Shown in pieces: positions 14,620 to 28,400 of a stretch of 64,000 nucleotides of DNA. The notes below the pieces were generated by a model. The model had not been told where the DNA came from and did no database searches. It saw only the letters and a program-made list of their open reading frames with translations. Every line of letters begins with the position of its first letter. The stretch's first letter is position 1. Position numbers and translations under genes: made by a program. The stretch is from the NCBI RefSeq assembly GCF_001949145.1, contig NW_019091361.1, forward strand, positions 2,527,825 through 2,591,824, written 5' to 3'. This DNA comes from Acanthaster planci. Lineage: Eukaryota.

Positions 14620-16860
14620 TGATATCTGTGCATATTTATTTGTTGTTTTTCCTTCAAAGCAAATCTCAGATTTGTTGTACATGTTGCTGGATGCACAAAC
14701 TGCCGAAGACAACAAAATGTAGACATACTGTATATGTGTATTATGTTCTTTGAGTAGACACCTTAATTCTGAGCAGTGAGTCATTCATAATGAACTTGGA
14801 TTTGGAGTCTTTTACTGTACATGTTGATCAGTGTGTGTGGTCTGCATTCTGGCATTCACAATTGGCTTGTCTGGTCAAGTACAGTACATTTAGCCTTTTT
14901 GAGACAAATTATCTGGTATTGAATTTGAGAATATTACATTGTATAGAGTACACGCATGTATAGTATCGGTACTATGCATAATGTTTATGCATGCATGATA
15001 AAGACACATTGCAGTTAGTATAGACACACGTACATGTACACCGGTTTTTAACCTCCATTGATACCGACTACATGCTCAGTCCATACTCTGTGTCGTGCAC
15101 CTTTATGCTGCCACTGGTACCATGGCAGCGTTAACAACTTTGGTTTTAACACTGAAAAGGGCACAGGATATCTAGGTATTTTTCAGATGATCCCGTGAAA
15201 CGGCATGATTGGCTCTTCAAAATGAAGGATATATGGATGTACATGTAATATCTTTATTTTACAAGAAGAAAAATCATTCAAGGAAAAGAAATGATTTTCT
15301 TGCAAAATATCAAGGTGCATTAACATTTAGGCTGATGATGTTTGATTTACACGTAAATTTATGTACTTAGTGATTTATTACCCATTATTTGAAATTCTGT
15401 TATTACCTAATGAAATTCGCTCTCATCATCAAATTCGTTCAGTTTTCAGCCACATTGGCACACACACAATTGTACACTTACACATCTACACATTTTTACA
15501 GGATCTACATGTAGGTCTGGAAAAGCTGGATATCTGAAAAATTTGAATACAACGGCCCGGCTCCAAACACGATTAATGTGGGTCAGCTCCTGATTCCCTT
15601 CTGTAATAGCTGCAGCCCCGATGATTAAATATAACGCTTGGCAAGTGTTGGAGCGTGGCGTATTTGGGTATTATTGTGCCCTGTCTGGGCAGCGTCTTGA
15701 TTGCCTGGGGGAAATGCATTGGATCTGTCCACATCAATAATGTACTCGTTTCATTTACTTATTGATGATGCTGGAAAGATGCTGTAAAACTCTCGGCGGA
15801 ATGCCGGCTGGGGGGAAATTTACGCACATAGAGAGACTGCGTGTGTGTTTGACCATATTAGGCTCATATTGTGAGTTCAGGACATGTGCATGTACATGTA
15901 CGGTATGCATGTGTCCTGTATATAATGTACATTATGCCGTGGTGTCTTTTCTGTGTAATAGCCTGATGTTTGTGAAACATCTGTTATGTTGCCACTGAAA
16001 TACTGACGTTTTCCCCTGAGAAATGGAAGTCCAAATAGAATTGTACATACATGTACAAACATCATTACATGTACATGTACATGTATGCTACAGTGTGCGA
16101 TTACATCATACAGTATTTGATGGATTTCCTCTCAAACATCTCGTTTGAATGTGCTCATGTGCTGTGCACTACTGTACATGTACATTATCGCAGTGACTTT
16201 GTGACTTTGTGAATTCCAAAACAGAATGGCATGACAGTGCAGGAAAAAGGAAGACATTGTATTGCGTGTATGTACATGTATTTAGAGGACAGTTTCCAGA
16301 TATTGTGCAAATTGTTCACTGAGCATGTGTGTCCATGTACATGTACACGGTGATCATGTGCTTGTTCATGTGGGTGTTGATGTATGTACATGTACATTCA
16401 TCACTCTTGGAAATTAGAAAATGTGTTTTAAACTTACAAAACACGGAAAAAATTGGACCCCTACATGTAATTTATAGAATGACCGAAGTGTACATTTGTT
16501 ACTTTCTCTGGATGCTTCCAAACTGCAGTTTTCTTGTGCATGTTGTGGTAGTATTTTGCCACGACCGGCATTAGTTCTTGGGGCCTTGAGGGAGTGTGTT
16601 GTTTACGCAAGATGATTCAGAATTGACAGTGTTCTGCTTGATGTTTGAAGAACATTTTATATGTGACAGGGACTAGTACATGTAGTACATATATTTCTGG
16701 AATAACATTTGTGTAAACATGAGTATGACTCATGATTGTCAGATCAAGTCCGCTCTAATATTAAATCAAGATGTTTCAGAACGATGTTCAGGAGAACTGG
16801 TAACTTTCCTAGTGAAACACTCAGGTAGTGTTTCTTATAATTTTTTTTTTCCATTTGCAG

Positions 16861-19800
16861 GATAACACTGAGAAATGCAGCTCTGAGTTTGGAGCCAAGT
16901 CTAGCCATTCAGGAGCAACAGAGCCCAACCCACCACCAACACCTCCTGTCCTCAGCACCAGCAAGTCAACCAAGGTGACCACCGGAAACCCAACCATGGA
17001 GTCGCTCATGGCGCTGACCAATCACGCCGACTCTGGCGCTTTCCTGCCGGCAAACAGCGGAAGCTCAATGTGCGAACCGATGAACTTTGGCCAGGTGGGC
17101 CCGATGGGACATGAGGGGAACAACAACAGGGTTGAGGGAGCTGCTGATGGCTATGTCAACCCTTGCGTGAGTATTGGCAGCCAGTCAGCCAGTGATGTAG
17201 CCACTGCAGAGTACCTGCAGAAGCAGGAGGAGGAAGAGTTGCTTCAGGCTTTTGCTGACTCGACAGTTGCTCAGGGAATAGCCCAGGCTTTGGACGTGGA
17301 CTCACTGACACCGTCGTTCGTGTCCGAGCAGGGTTTTGAATTGAGTGTGGCAGACGTGGACCTCGAGCCAGAGGACAGACTGCACTGCCGTTTTGCGCCC
17401 AAGTCGGAAGCGTCAGGCATGGAGAATGAAAACGTCAACAGAACTCAGGAATGTGATCAGTCATTGCTCATGGCTGGAAGAACTTCGGAAAATGCAATAG
17501 CCATGGAATTGCCAACCAGTGAAATAGCCCAGCAGCCCGATATTCATGTTCCTCCGACTGGAATACAGATGGTAGTAGAAGTTATGGAAATGGAGGATGG
17601 TCAAGACACAGCGTTGGACTCTTCAAATCCTCCAAATGAGACACTGGATTTTGGATACCGCTCCTACTCGCACAATTTTGGAGCTGACGCTGTCATGGAG
17701 AAGGAATCAGACTTGTCAAATCTTACCGGTGATGAACAGGAGGTGGACAGCAAAGCCATTTCATTGGCCGTGGTTGTGTCTGAATCCCAGTACACTGTCC
17801 ATTCGGGTTACAGCCCAAAAGCTAAGCAAACCACCTCACCAAAGTCACAACCAAAAGCCGTAAAAGCTTGCCAAAAGTCCAAGAAGGCAAAGTCCAAAGC
17901 TACCCCCTCCAAACCGAGCCCAGTGATCGCAGTAAACAGTTGCTCTAAATCACCAAGTGTTGCAAAGACCAGCACTAAGTCTCCTAAATCTAGAACTGCA
18001 GATGGACCAATGGCTGAAGTGGACAAAAGGAACACTGCGTGTTGCAAAAAACCTGCTAAAGAACAAAATCTCAGTAGCCCAAACAAAACTAAATTGTCTG
18101 TCCAGAAAGCCAAACTCTCCACAAGTGTTAAAGACCTGTCTCATGTTGGTCCAGATAAACCAACAAAACCAGCTGGGAGCAGAAATTCCAAAGTTACTAC
18201 AATACAGAGTAAAACAGGAATTGGAAAGGAAAAAGGGATCTCAGAAATTCCCAAGAGAAGCATTAAGTCAAAATCGAAGGGTAGCGAAGCTGTGGTGAAA
18301 CCAACTAAAACACGAAAAAGCAAGCAGTCATTAGATGTTTTGGAATCGGGTGCAAAGGCTAAAGGCAAAGGCAGTAAGAAAAAGAGCAAAAGTCTGCCCA
18401 TTTCAGTGGACCTGTCCAAAGTGAATGTGATGGTTGCAGCTGATCATGCAGTTAAGAAACCAAAGAAGGTTAAGAGCAAAAGCAAAGAGAAGGACAATGA
18501 CCCCAAGTTGAGTTCCCTCGCCATTACTTCTCCATCTTCCAAGACCCACCCTGCCACCGGCAAATCTTGTCTGTCGCCCAAACCAACCAAATCCAAACCA
18601 AAGATGAAATCCACTGCAGCAGTGCCAAAAGAGAAAGCCATCAGAGAGAAGACTTCCAAGGCAAAGTCGAAGAAAAAGCTGGACCTGTGTATGAGTCCCC
18701 TACCGGTCGCTTCACAACTCCCCCTGAATACCCACTCGGAAAACAGTATCCCCCCAGTCTTGGAAATTGCCACCAAAACACCTAAGAAAGTTTCCAAGAC
18801 AAAGAAGTCTACCAAGAAGTCCAAGTCAGGGAAATTCAAGAGTTGCAAATCTAAAGTACTGAGTTCTACCATTGTGCATACCGACGGACTGCTCCAAGTG
18901 GCTACTAAACTGCACAAGAGATCAAAGACTTGTAAAATTGGTAAAAAAGAGAAGAAAGGCAAAAGGGTTAAAAAGCACAAAACGAAAGAGAAGTTAAAGG
19001 AGTGTATTCCCGAAAGACTGCATCCACCACCGGCTAGACTACCACTGGGTAGCACGTCTCCTCTACACATCCTCATTCCAGATGAGGAACCCATTGCGTC
19101 ACCCTTGTCCTCACCCCCCTGTCCTCCAAGTAAGGGCAAGGGCAAGAAATCAGGCTCTGGTGTGGCAAGGCTTATGAGCGAATGGCTCCTTGAAAATGGC
19201 AATGAAGAGGATGATGATGAGGAGACTATCATGCTCCATCAGGGCAAGCAGCTCCAGAGATCTCCAAAGATTGACAGCTCCAAATCCAGCAAAACCTGCA
19301 GTCCCAACAAAGAGGCATCAGCACCAGTCTCACCCATCAGCTCCTCGTGTCTTGGAACACCCACCAAAATGCCACACGTCTTTGCCGAACCCGTAAAGGC
19401 GCTGCACGAAGCTGCCAAGAAAAGACCACTGAACGTTGATCCCATACGTCCAGAGATAATGGAGGGCTCCAAGGAGAAGCAGCATAAGGAGCAGACACCC
19501 TCACCTCAGAGTGCCACCACTTGCATGAGTGAGGAAACAATGTTCAGCGACAGTGGCATCGGGACTGACAACAACAGCAATCCAGATCAGCATGTGTTGG
19601 ACAAGCACAGGCGTCGATCGGTACCTTCTGTCACCGAATCGGACATGTCAAGCGAGCTCCTGGAAACTCATCCCCTGGCTACCTCAGCTCATGGTCTTTA
19701 CAGCTATGGCAAGAAAGACAAGCACCGCAAGTTGATGAACTGGCATTTTGGTCCACATAGGAAGAGACGGAAGAAGTACCGCTTCATGAGACAGCCCGGC

Positions 19801-22421
19801 AGAATGAGCCCTGCTTTTGTGTTTGAGTTGGACGCCGTCATCATGGAGTTACGGGCACTGCAGCTGGAAAATCTGGAAGATATAAATGATATCACAATGG
19901 TAATGCCGAAAGCCACTGACAAGGAGTTAGAACCTAAGAATCACCTGTCGGCCATTGCCAAGTTGAATCCAAACTACAGCAGTTACCTAAGACCATCTTA
20001 CCTGGCCACAGTTCTCAGTAATCCCCACTCCAAAACAAACAAGCACAAATCAGGCAAGAAGAAGAGGAAGGAAAAAGAGGAGAAGAAGAAGAGGGAGTGT
20101 TTTGTTGGGGAGGAGAAAAACAGACAAGACCAGAGGGAGCAGTACTTAAGTAACTCAGGCAGCCAAGAAACCGTGTCATGCAATACTTCCCAGGTTGCCT
20201 CCAGACCATCCAGACTTGATGTCAATGAATGCCAAGAAACTGATTCTAGCCCTCATGATTTTGATCCTGCAGTGAGTGACGTGGTCTCATTCAGCACAAA
20301 GGTGAACTTTCCTTCATGTACACCAGCCTTTGGGAATAAGAGAACTGAACCAATCGTCACAAATGATAGGAAACAGGAAGATGCAGACCAAAGGGAACAG
20401 ACAGCAACTGTGGTAGAAACTGAGCTGTCTTCAAACAGGAGGACACCAGGGAAAGTTTCATCTAAAAATGTAAGGTCAAAGAGGACTAAAGCTGCTAAAT
20501 CCAGTGGTACTAAACCATCTTCTGGTATTGATTCTAAAGAGGAAAATGTATTGCACAGTGGACTGGATGAGCAGCAACTCTCCATTGCAACAAATCAACA
20601 TGATGGCAGTGGTCAACCAACACCAAGTGCTGAACGTGGTTCATCTGTCCTGGATGATGGAACTGTTCATTACATAGCAGACTCTGCCAGCATCGCCAGT
20701 GACTGTGACACTGTGGAAAATGGAGAAAGTAGACTCAGTAAACATTCACTGAATTTAAAAGTGGAAGAAACATCTGCAGTTACTGAAATTGCCCAGAAGG
20801 CCACTGTGCCCCACAAATCACAGCCAGAACTTGGCATGTCTTCATTACCCGAAGCCACTGTACCGTCTGACGCAGTTCCCGCTAATGCAAAGTCACCTGT
20901 CAAGAGGCGGAGGAAGAAGAGAACCGCCAGGTTCACTTCGTCCAAATCCAAAGCATACATAAAGAGGAAGCTGGAAGTGTTGAAAAAGAAGGCTGAAGAT
21001 GAGGCACTTTTGGCTAACCAGCAGCAGAAAGAAGGGGACATGAGCGAGTCCGGTCAAAGCAACAAAGTTGGGAATGCATCTGCCGAGTGCACTATTGCTG
21101 CAGATGTTGAGAACAATAATATCCTAGAGCAGAAAGAAGAAGTCACAAATACATGCCACCCACCTGAAATGCCGGCAGAACAAGGAAAGCAACTTCCCAC
21201 AGCACCCACAAATTGCACACTGTCCGAAGGATCAAAGGTCCTGGCTTCTCCATTGGCTGAAGAGACTAAGAAGAAGATCAAAGCAGGGAATGAGTCAGTG
21301 CTGCAGAAGAAAAGAACGAAGAAACCAAAACTAGACAAGAGTAGGGTGGATGCTACCAATGGGTGCATTCAGGGAAGTGAATGTTGTACCGAAAGTGTTG
21401 GACCGTGTACAAATGATATGCTTGTAGTGGAGTCTGATAGAATACTTAGCATGGACAAACTGGTAGATTCTGTCAAAGCCTCCATCCAGACAGGTTCATC
21501 TGGGGATGGAAGAGGTGAACCAAAGACCACCAAAGGCAAAAAGGGTGCTTCCCCAAAACTCTCCAAAGGCCCTGGTAGTAGAGCCGAGAAAGAGTCCCAC
21601 AAGCCAGAACCAGGCCCTGTCAGTGCGGTCGGAGCATTAGCAGATAACATCTTTGATAGGTTGAAAACTAGCAGCGACCCAGCACAGGCACATGAAGGAT
21701 CGCAGGGAACTGGTAGTGCCACTGGCAGTGGTCATTCTCAGTCTCCCAAATCAATAGTAGCTGACAGTAGAGACACAGTTGGTATGCAGACAGCAGGTAA
21801 GACCAACAAGAAGCAAACCAGTAAGCAGCAGAGGGGTGAGGCCAAGCAACCCAAAACAGCAGGAAGGAAGAGAAGCTACAAGACCAAAGCAGTGGTAGAA
21901 GAAGCCAGAGATGCATCCGCAGGAACATCTGCATCCAAGAGGAGCTGTAAGGTTGAGATATGCCTGGATTTGGTCCTCGCAGGTACCACGGACAACCCTT
22001 CAGTGACTCCTCAACAGGGTCTCAGTGTAAATAGCCTAGGTAGCACTGCGCAAACATGTCAAACCCAGTCAATATCAGACACAGCATCTAAACAAGAGAA
22101 CAGTGCCCCAGTCTCTGATTCAACCAACACAGAGAGGCTTCAAGATAGGATGCTGTTGAACAGTAATACCCCACCTATGGATGGTGCTGTGGAAATTAAC
22201 TCGAAGACACTGGAATTGGAGACATTCACAGTGGCCAAAAATCCCACCAAGACGAAAACTTTGAAGGTGCAGAAGAAGAAACTGCAAATGAGCAAAGTGC
22301 CAAAGATTGTCCTAAAGAGAACGCTGGACACAGCAGCTGTGGATGAATCCTCCAAGCCACTCAAGAAGCGCAAACTCATGAAGGAGCCTCTTGTTACTTG
22401 TGCAGATAATTCACTCATCAG
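16861..22421 (+). CDS. ASH1L: ASH1L giant exon (5561 bp), K/S-rich low-complexity N-terminal region
   Basis: Polypyrimidine tract plus ttgcag acceptor at 16860 and donor gtgagt at 22422. Lies within the 1865-aa ORF. First in-frame ATG at 16996 is in ACCATGG context. Confidence 0.92.
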
Positions 22422-25400
22422 GTGAGTGCCTTGTACACATAGCTACAGTAGGACTTTGAGTAAGGTAATAAATATGTGCTTGACCAGTCTTAAGCATGCA
22501 TTTAAGACCGGCTGAGGAGAATGGACGCGACTAATTGTGGCTCGGGCATTATCAGCGTTCAGTCTCCCGAGCTGGTCTTAAACGTTATGTGTAGTTTAAG
22601 ACCGGTCAAGCACATAGTTATTCCCATACATAAATACCTTTTTAATTCAGAGAGACAAAAGAAGTCAACAAGTGATAGATTTCCAACAATTTTGTTCTAA
22701 AAGATTTCACCTTCTGAACGCCCCCATTCATTTTATGGTACATTCCTTTTGAAAGTTGTCCAATAGAATCTTTTTTAAATGAAATTGGCGCACATGGTGC
22801 ATTGCGAGTGCACAGACTCCTGACCAATCAGACTCGATCAAACTGTCTCATATCCATGTGCCAGAGCATGATTTACGCAGCGGGCATTATCACGTCTCGG
22901 CGGGCATTATCAAATGTTAATACACGGCCACATGATGCGTTTCAACCAATAGAATAGAAAAACTGTCCCAGATATTTATGAATATTTACAGTGTCCAGAA
23001 TTAATGCCCACACAAGAGTTTGTGCAGTTCAAAGGCCAGCTTGTACTCGAAACAAGCATGAACTTGTTCAGCTAATACTCACAAATGCAGTTCAACTAAG
23101 TAAGAGTGTCACTACAAGGACCCCTTTATGTCAGATGCGTCCGTGATGGCAGGTGCACTTTCCATGTCACACAAAATGATGCATATTTGCAGTACTGAAG
23201 AATGTGCATATAATCGTATTGAAAATAAGCAACAAATGGAGAAGAGAGTTGTGTCCGTTGGTGCCCCAAAATCACATTTCCTCTTCCCTGTAACTCCACA
23301 GCATCACAATTCTCTAACTCAACATCCAAACCCCGGATGAAGACAACTTGAGATACTGTGTTATACTCTATATAGCTGTACATGTATATGCAGCAGTTGA
23401 TACATGTACATGTATGTATCTTGTACATGAAAATGTTCTTGCGATTCCACAGTTTACCGTCACAGCCCTCCACGAGCACAGCTCCATTCCCAACCCCCTG
23501 CATGCCTCCCTCAACTCTGAACAGCAAATCCCCAGACAAAATGGCCAGCAGCCCCCAGCCGTCCTCTGCCTCCAAGATGAAGAAGGTCAAACCCCAGGTG
23601 TCGATCTGCAGAACCACAGTGTCCCTAGGCGGGCCCAAGTCTCCCATGACAGTCTCGTCCAGTAGAGGCTGTGCTCGACAACAGGGCAAGAAGAGGCCAT
23701 TCCCCAAGAAGAGCTACTGGAAAGCAGGCATCTACTCCAGCACCTTCAAGATAGATCCGTGAGTATTAATCTAAACAGTGCTCAACTACTCCGTGGCAGT
23801 GTTAGGCCAAGCCCAAAACTAGTTGTGTTTCCGATTACATTCAAAAAAAGGTCAGAAAATTAGGTGAACGACCAAAATATTTGTGTTTCCTAATATATTG
23901 TCCCGAAAATAAGGGTGGGTCGAGAATTTGTCTCACTAACCTTCTTTAACACTAACACTCCTCAGTCCTCCAACAGGTGAAGGATTGAGGAGGGTTATGG
24001 TTAACGCTACCGATAGGATGGGATAGTGATAATGTGCACGTCTGCCTTCACACATTGGTAGCAGTGAACAAGTGACAACATCCGATTTACCTCTGTACGT
24101 GTTAATAAGACACACCAGCACTGTTTCGTTGACGGTTGAGTGATTAAAGAATGTCTGAATGTTGAAAGCAGAAGACTGTGGGTATGTGTACAGGGGAACC
24201 GTCCACTTTTGTTATAGCTGACAAGTGTAAAAATAAGAATGACAAAAAAAGTATGCAGAAATTCCATGTAGGCTGCGGGCTTACCACCATAAGTTTTTTT
24301 AATATTTTTCTAACAAAACTTTCAATTTACATAACTGTAAAAAGAATTTTAAAATGTATGATTACTTCAACAGGCAAATTTTTTTTACCAAATTTACACT
24401 TTGAAATAAAAACTACAAATATTCTAGATAAAAACATTCTGCGTGATTTTCTAGATGTCAGATTATAAAATACCTCTCTTCTTCGGCAACATCACTTTGG
24501 ATTTATCTAAATCGTCCGAAAGTTGCCACTCTAGGGACCCGAACATTCATTTTACTTTCTAGCAGCATCAAGTCCTATGAATATGTAACAGTGGCCCGGT
24601 AATGTCTTTCTCAGCTTGGAAAGAAAATCTTCGTGATTCCCCTAGTGGATTTTGCAAGATCTTGGCTTTAGTAAACGTATAATTGCCTTGTGAAATTTGA
24701 GGAATGTTAGCATGCCTTTATCTCAGGATTTAGTGTACTTGTGTCTTTCATTGAGTTTCATATCCCCAAAATGTTAACAAATGCAGCGCGCACATTACTG
24801 ATGCAAACGTGAACATGATACACTCTTTCTATAATAACCCAGGGAATGTCCACTCAATTTGTAATACTTAGCTCCCGGGTTGCCATGACAGCGGGGATCT
24901 GGGCCCTGCTAGTTCCAATCTTGGCTGTGATACCTTAGCATTGTTTACGAGCTGTTTATGGGTCAGGAGCAGAGCTGTGGTGTCAGAGAGATCAAGTACC
25001 TTGCCAGGCACAGTGCCAAAGTCACCTTGGGAAAATGTTCCTACTCTCTGCCTCAAAAGACTTATGATTTCCAACAGTTACGGGCTTATTGAAAACAGAT
25101 GAATAATGGTCCTTGACTTGGACTTGGACTCAAATCATCAAACTTGGTGTAGACTTACTTTTTCTGTAGTTATGGGGACATGCACTTGTCGTAAACCAAC
25201 TTTTGGGGAGCCAAAAACATTGTGGGGACAGAGAAATGTCCTGATTTGGTCCTATTTTGCGTAACGACACTTCCCCATAATGCCTTGAAGGCCAATGGAT
25301 GTTTGTGTCATTATTTGTGGCCTAAATTGATGTCCAAATGCCTAATGTTCACTCTTTAAGACTTTCATTCTTGGTTAATGACCACTAATTTCATTATTGT

Positions 25401-28400
25401 TGAATATTGTCAGAGCGTGATCCTTTTTAATCTGTTGTTTTTGTTTACTGCATTATAAATGTTATGTTACCATGGAAAAAGGGCACGAGCTAATTTGTCT
25501 GCTTGACAGATTCTAAATTGCACATATAGTTCGAAAATGATGCTTTGTTTGTCACCTGTTTGTACTAAAAATCACAATCTGCTGTTTCAATTTTCTATAG
25601 ACAAGAAATTGATCAGGCATCGTTCTTCCATAGATTAAATGGTTTGCGAACCTTGACTGTGACTCAACTTTAACCAAAAAACCCTTGCAATTTGAACTTC
25701 TTAAGTGTGATCCCATGTGCATAATGCAGGGCCTGACCTTGGCCTTTGACTCTCAAGTGAGGACAGAAGACTTGAAAACAAGTCTTGGAAATGAGTCACT
25801 TTAAAATCATTTTGTCACAGAAAAATTTGGACTTGTCGTGGGTGTTAATACTCCCACACTTTGCGGTTTGATTTTGCAGACTTCCTGTATCATGACCCTT
25901 AGTCCTTTTCCTCTCCGAGCCATTTCAGAGAGGCTCGGAGATCAATAAGCCGGGTTGTGGTAAGAGGACTATAGCCCGAGGTGAATTTAACAAATACTGG
26001 TACCGGTCCATGTGTTTATGGGTAATGCAATAGAACTCAAAGCCTCCTAACAGGAGACACACTCCAATCCATCATACGGTGGAAATATGGGTGAAACCAG
26101 CATCAAATGCCATAGGACAATAACCGGTCGTGCATCATGCCCACAGTGTTTGTACACATACACATGTACACATCCCCCAGACCGTCAGTTGAGCAGCGTC
26201 AGAAGTAATCTTATCAAATTTATTCATGCCCAGTGGAATCACTCGCTCAATCACATAAACCATCATCATTAGTTACTCATCATATTTCGCGCAATTCCTT
26301 TTTTTCTTTTTTGAAGTATGGTCTCCACTCTCTGGTGGCCCTGACTCATATTCTGTCATTTGTCATTTACCAGAAGTTCTCTGACAAGCCTGAGTAACTG
26401 TGGCATCTCACAGACTCTAGGGAAAGAGATATGGTATTTTCAAGAAAATATGCACATGTTTCTTGAAAAGATTTTCCAGGAGGAGCAGGATGGATAAGTA
26501 GAAATGAATTTCAAAAATTGCCTTATTTGAGGACCCAATTTTCTGTTTGTTTTGGAAACATCATCCCAATTTACCCTTTAGATCCTTCAAAATCCACGTA
26601 GGATTTTTTTGGAAGATTTTGTAGGGTTGAGGATGATACAGGCCAGCCACTATTACTTCACATGGGCTTGAGTCTAATTACAGTGGGTGTTATTTACAAG
26701 ACGGCCATTTTGAGATGTGCTCCACACACCCACTTTATTTATTGAGCACTCTGAAATGTGAAGGAGCATGACTACGAGTATTTTGCTGCGATCAAAGGTG
26801 CCGTATAAACTTCACTTTGTGCATTTGTTAAACATGCTGAACGACGGTGTTCATTTGGCCTGTAGAGCCTAGCGGTATTTTCTTTCCTTAGAGATCCAAG
26901 TTCCAAGCCTGTGTTCCAAAATAGTAAACATATTTTGCAATCCAAGAAAGCCTACATGAACTGTAAACAGAGCATGAAATAATTCGATCCGAATTTGTTC
27001 CAAAAGACAATGAAGTGACTTTCTTAAATGCGGGCCTGTGACAATTGAAATATGAATCCTCACATTTTGACATAACAGATCTTATTTCTTGTATATCTTT
27101 TTTCTGTAGGGACCTTTTTTCATGCTAGAAACCATTGACCTTTGAAAAAGTGGCTAGGGACAAGCGCGGGAATTTCTGTTGCCTTGGAGACAGTCTAAAA
27201 ATATTCTCATGGCAGGGGGGTATGGATGGCTCTGACCTGAGAGAGTTGATCAGAAGTCAAACAAAAGAGGGGATTATAAAAGGCATTTGCTTGTGCAAGA
27301 TACATGTATTTTGCAGATCTTTTTTCAAGTTAATTTTGATTTTCTTTTGAGTGCGTTTTATCAGGGCTTACATGTCAATGAGTTTGACCCCACTTTTCTT
27401 TAAAGACTTTGTTTAGGTAAATGTCTTGATAATCAATTTTGGCAGTTGCATTTAAACATAGCCACTCATTGTTAGATTTAGTATCACATTTAGAAATACG
27501 ACCCAGCATATTTTGTGAAACCCTTTTTTTTATCTATAGTTTTACACATCGTAAACAGTATGCAAAGGTACTCTCATTATGAAAATAAGAGCCTTTTTAG
27601 AGGGCACACAATGAAAGGTTGACCTGTAGTGACAGAAGCATCTACATGTAGATGTTAATTCGGTCAGCTGTTTTCTTTTAAGAGGAGCCAGATATAGCTT
27701 TAATCATATACCTCGCGGACAGGAAGATCTCCGATGTCAAGCAAACATCAAGTTTTTCTGAAAAAGGCCTATCCATGTCTCATCCAAGCAGATCATGAAA
27801 TGCCTGCCGCATCGTCACTGCCAAAAAAACAGCAGTTTAGAAAATATATGCCAAGCCTCCCCTTTGGCCACAAAAAGTAAGATTATCAGGCGTTTATCTT
27901 GCACCAGAAGATCCTCCAATGACCAGAGAGAGGAGAAAGGGATCAATAGATTGCGTAGTTGGCTCCGAATGGCCTCCCAGCTTCCTTCGTCTTTGATTCT
28001 CGGTCACTAAAAGCCTATTGATTGTGCCAAATGTGCGATAGGCACGAGTGTGTGGGGGGAGGGGGGTGGTAACCCCATGCTAATGGCACTCAAGTGTGTC
28101 TAGGTCATAAAAGCTAGATAGTTTTTTTTCAGCTCTCGTCCAGAATATTCCCTTTTCCAAGATTACGTTTTGAGCCCTGGGGAAAAATTTGATAGTGAGA
28201 CTAGGAAGTACATGTACATGTACATGTAGTTCACCTGTGCCATTTGCCGTGCATAATTCGCCTGACTTGTAAGCGTACGGCAGTCCAGGCCATGTTCAGC
28301 ATGCATGTAATTAGAATCAGATGACGTTGGGGTGGTTTTTGTTGAGGTGCTCAGACTTCAATTTTTATATAAGGTGACATTGTTAGTCGTTAATTCAAAG

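Noticed and set aside
4122..16574. Short ORFs rich in HVHV, MYMY and CTCT
   Set aside because: These are translations of TACATG simple repeats, not metal-binding peptides.
16828..16860. N-terminus MFLIIFFFHLQ of the 1865-aa ORF
   Set aside because: It starts at a GTG within the polypyrimidine tract and acceptor, so it is intronic and not a signal peptide.
17808..22418. Many minus-strand ORFs, including 262 aa at 18444-19232
   Set aside because: They are antisense shadows of the lysine/serine-rich ASH1L exon (F/L-rich translations) with no recognisable domain.
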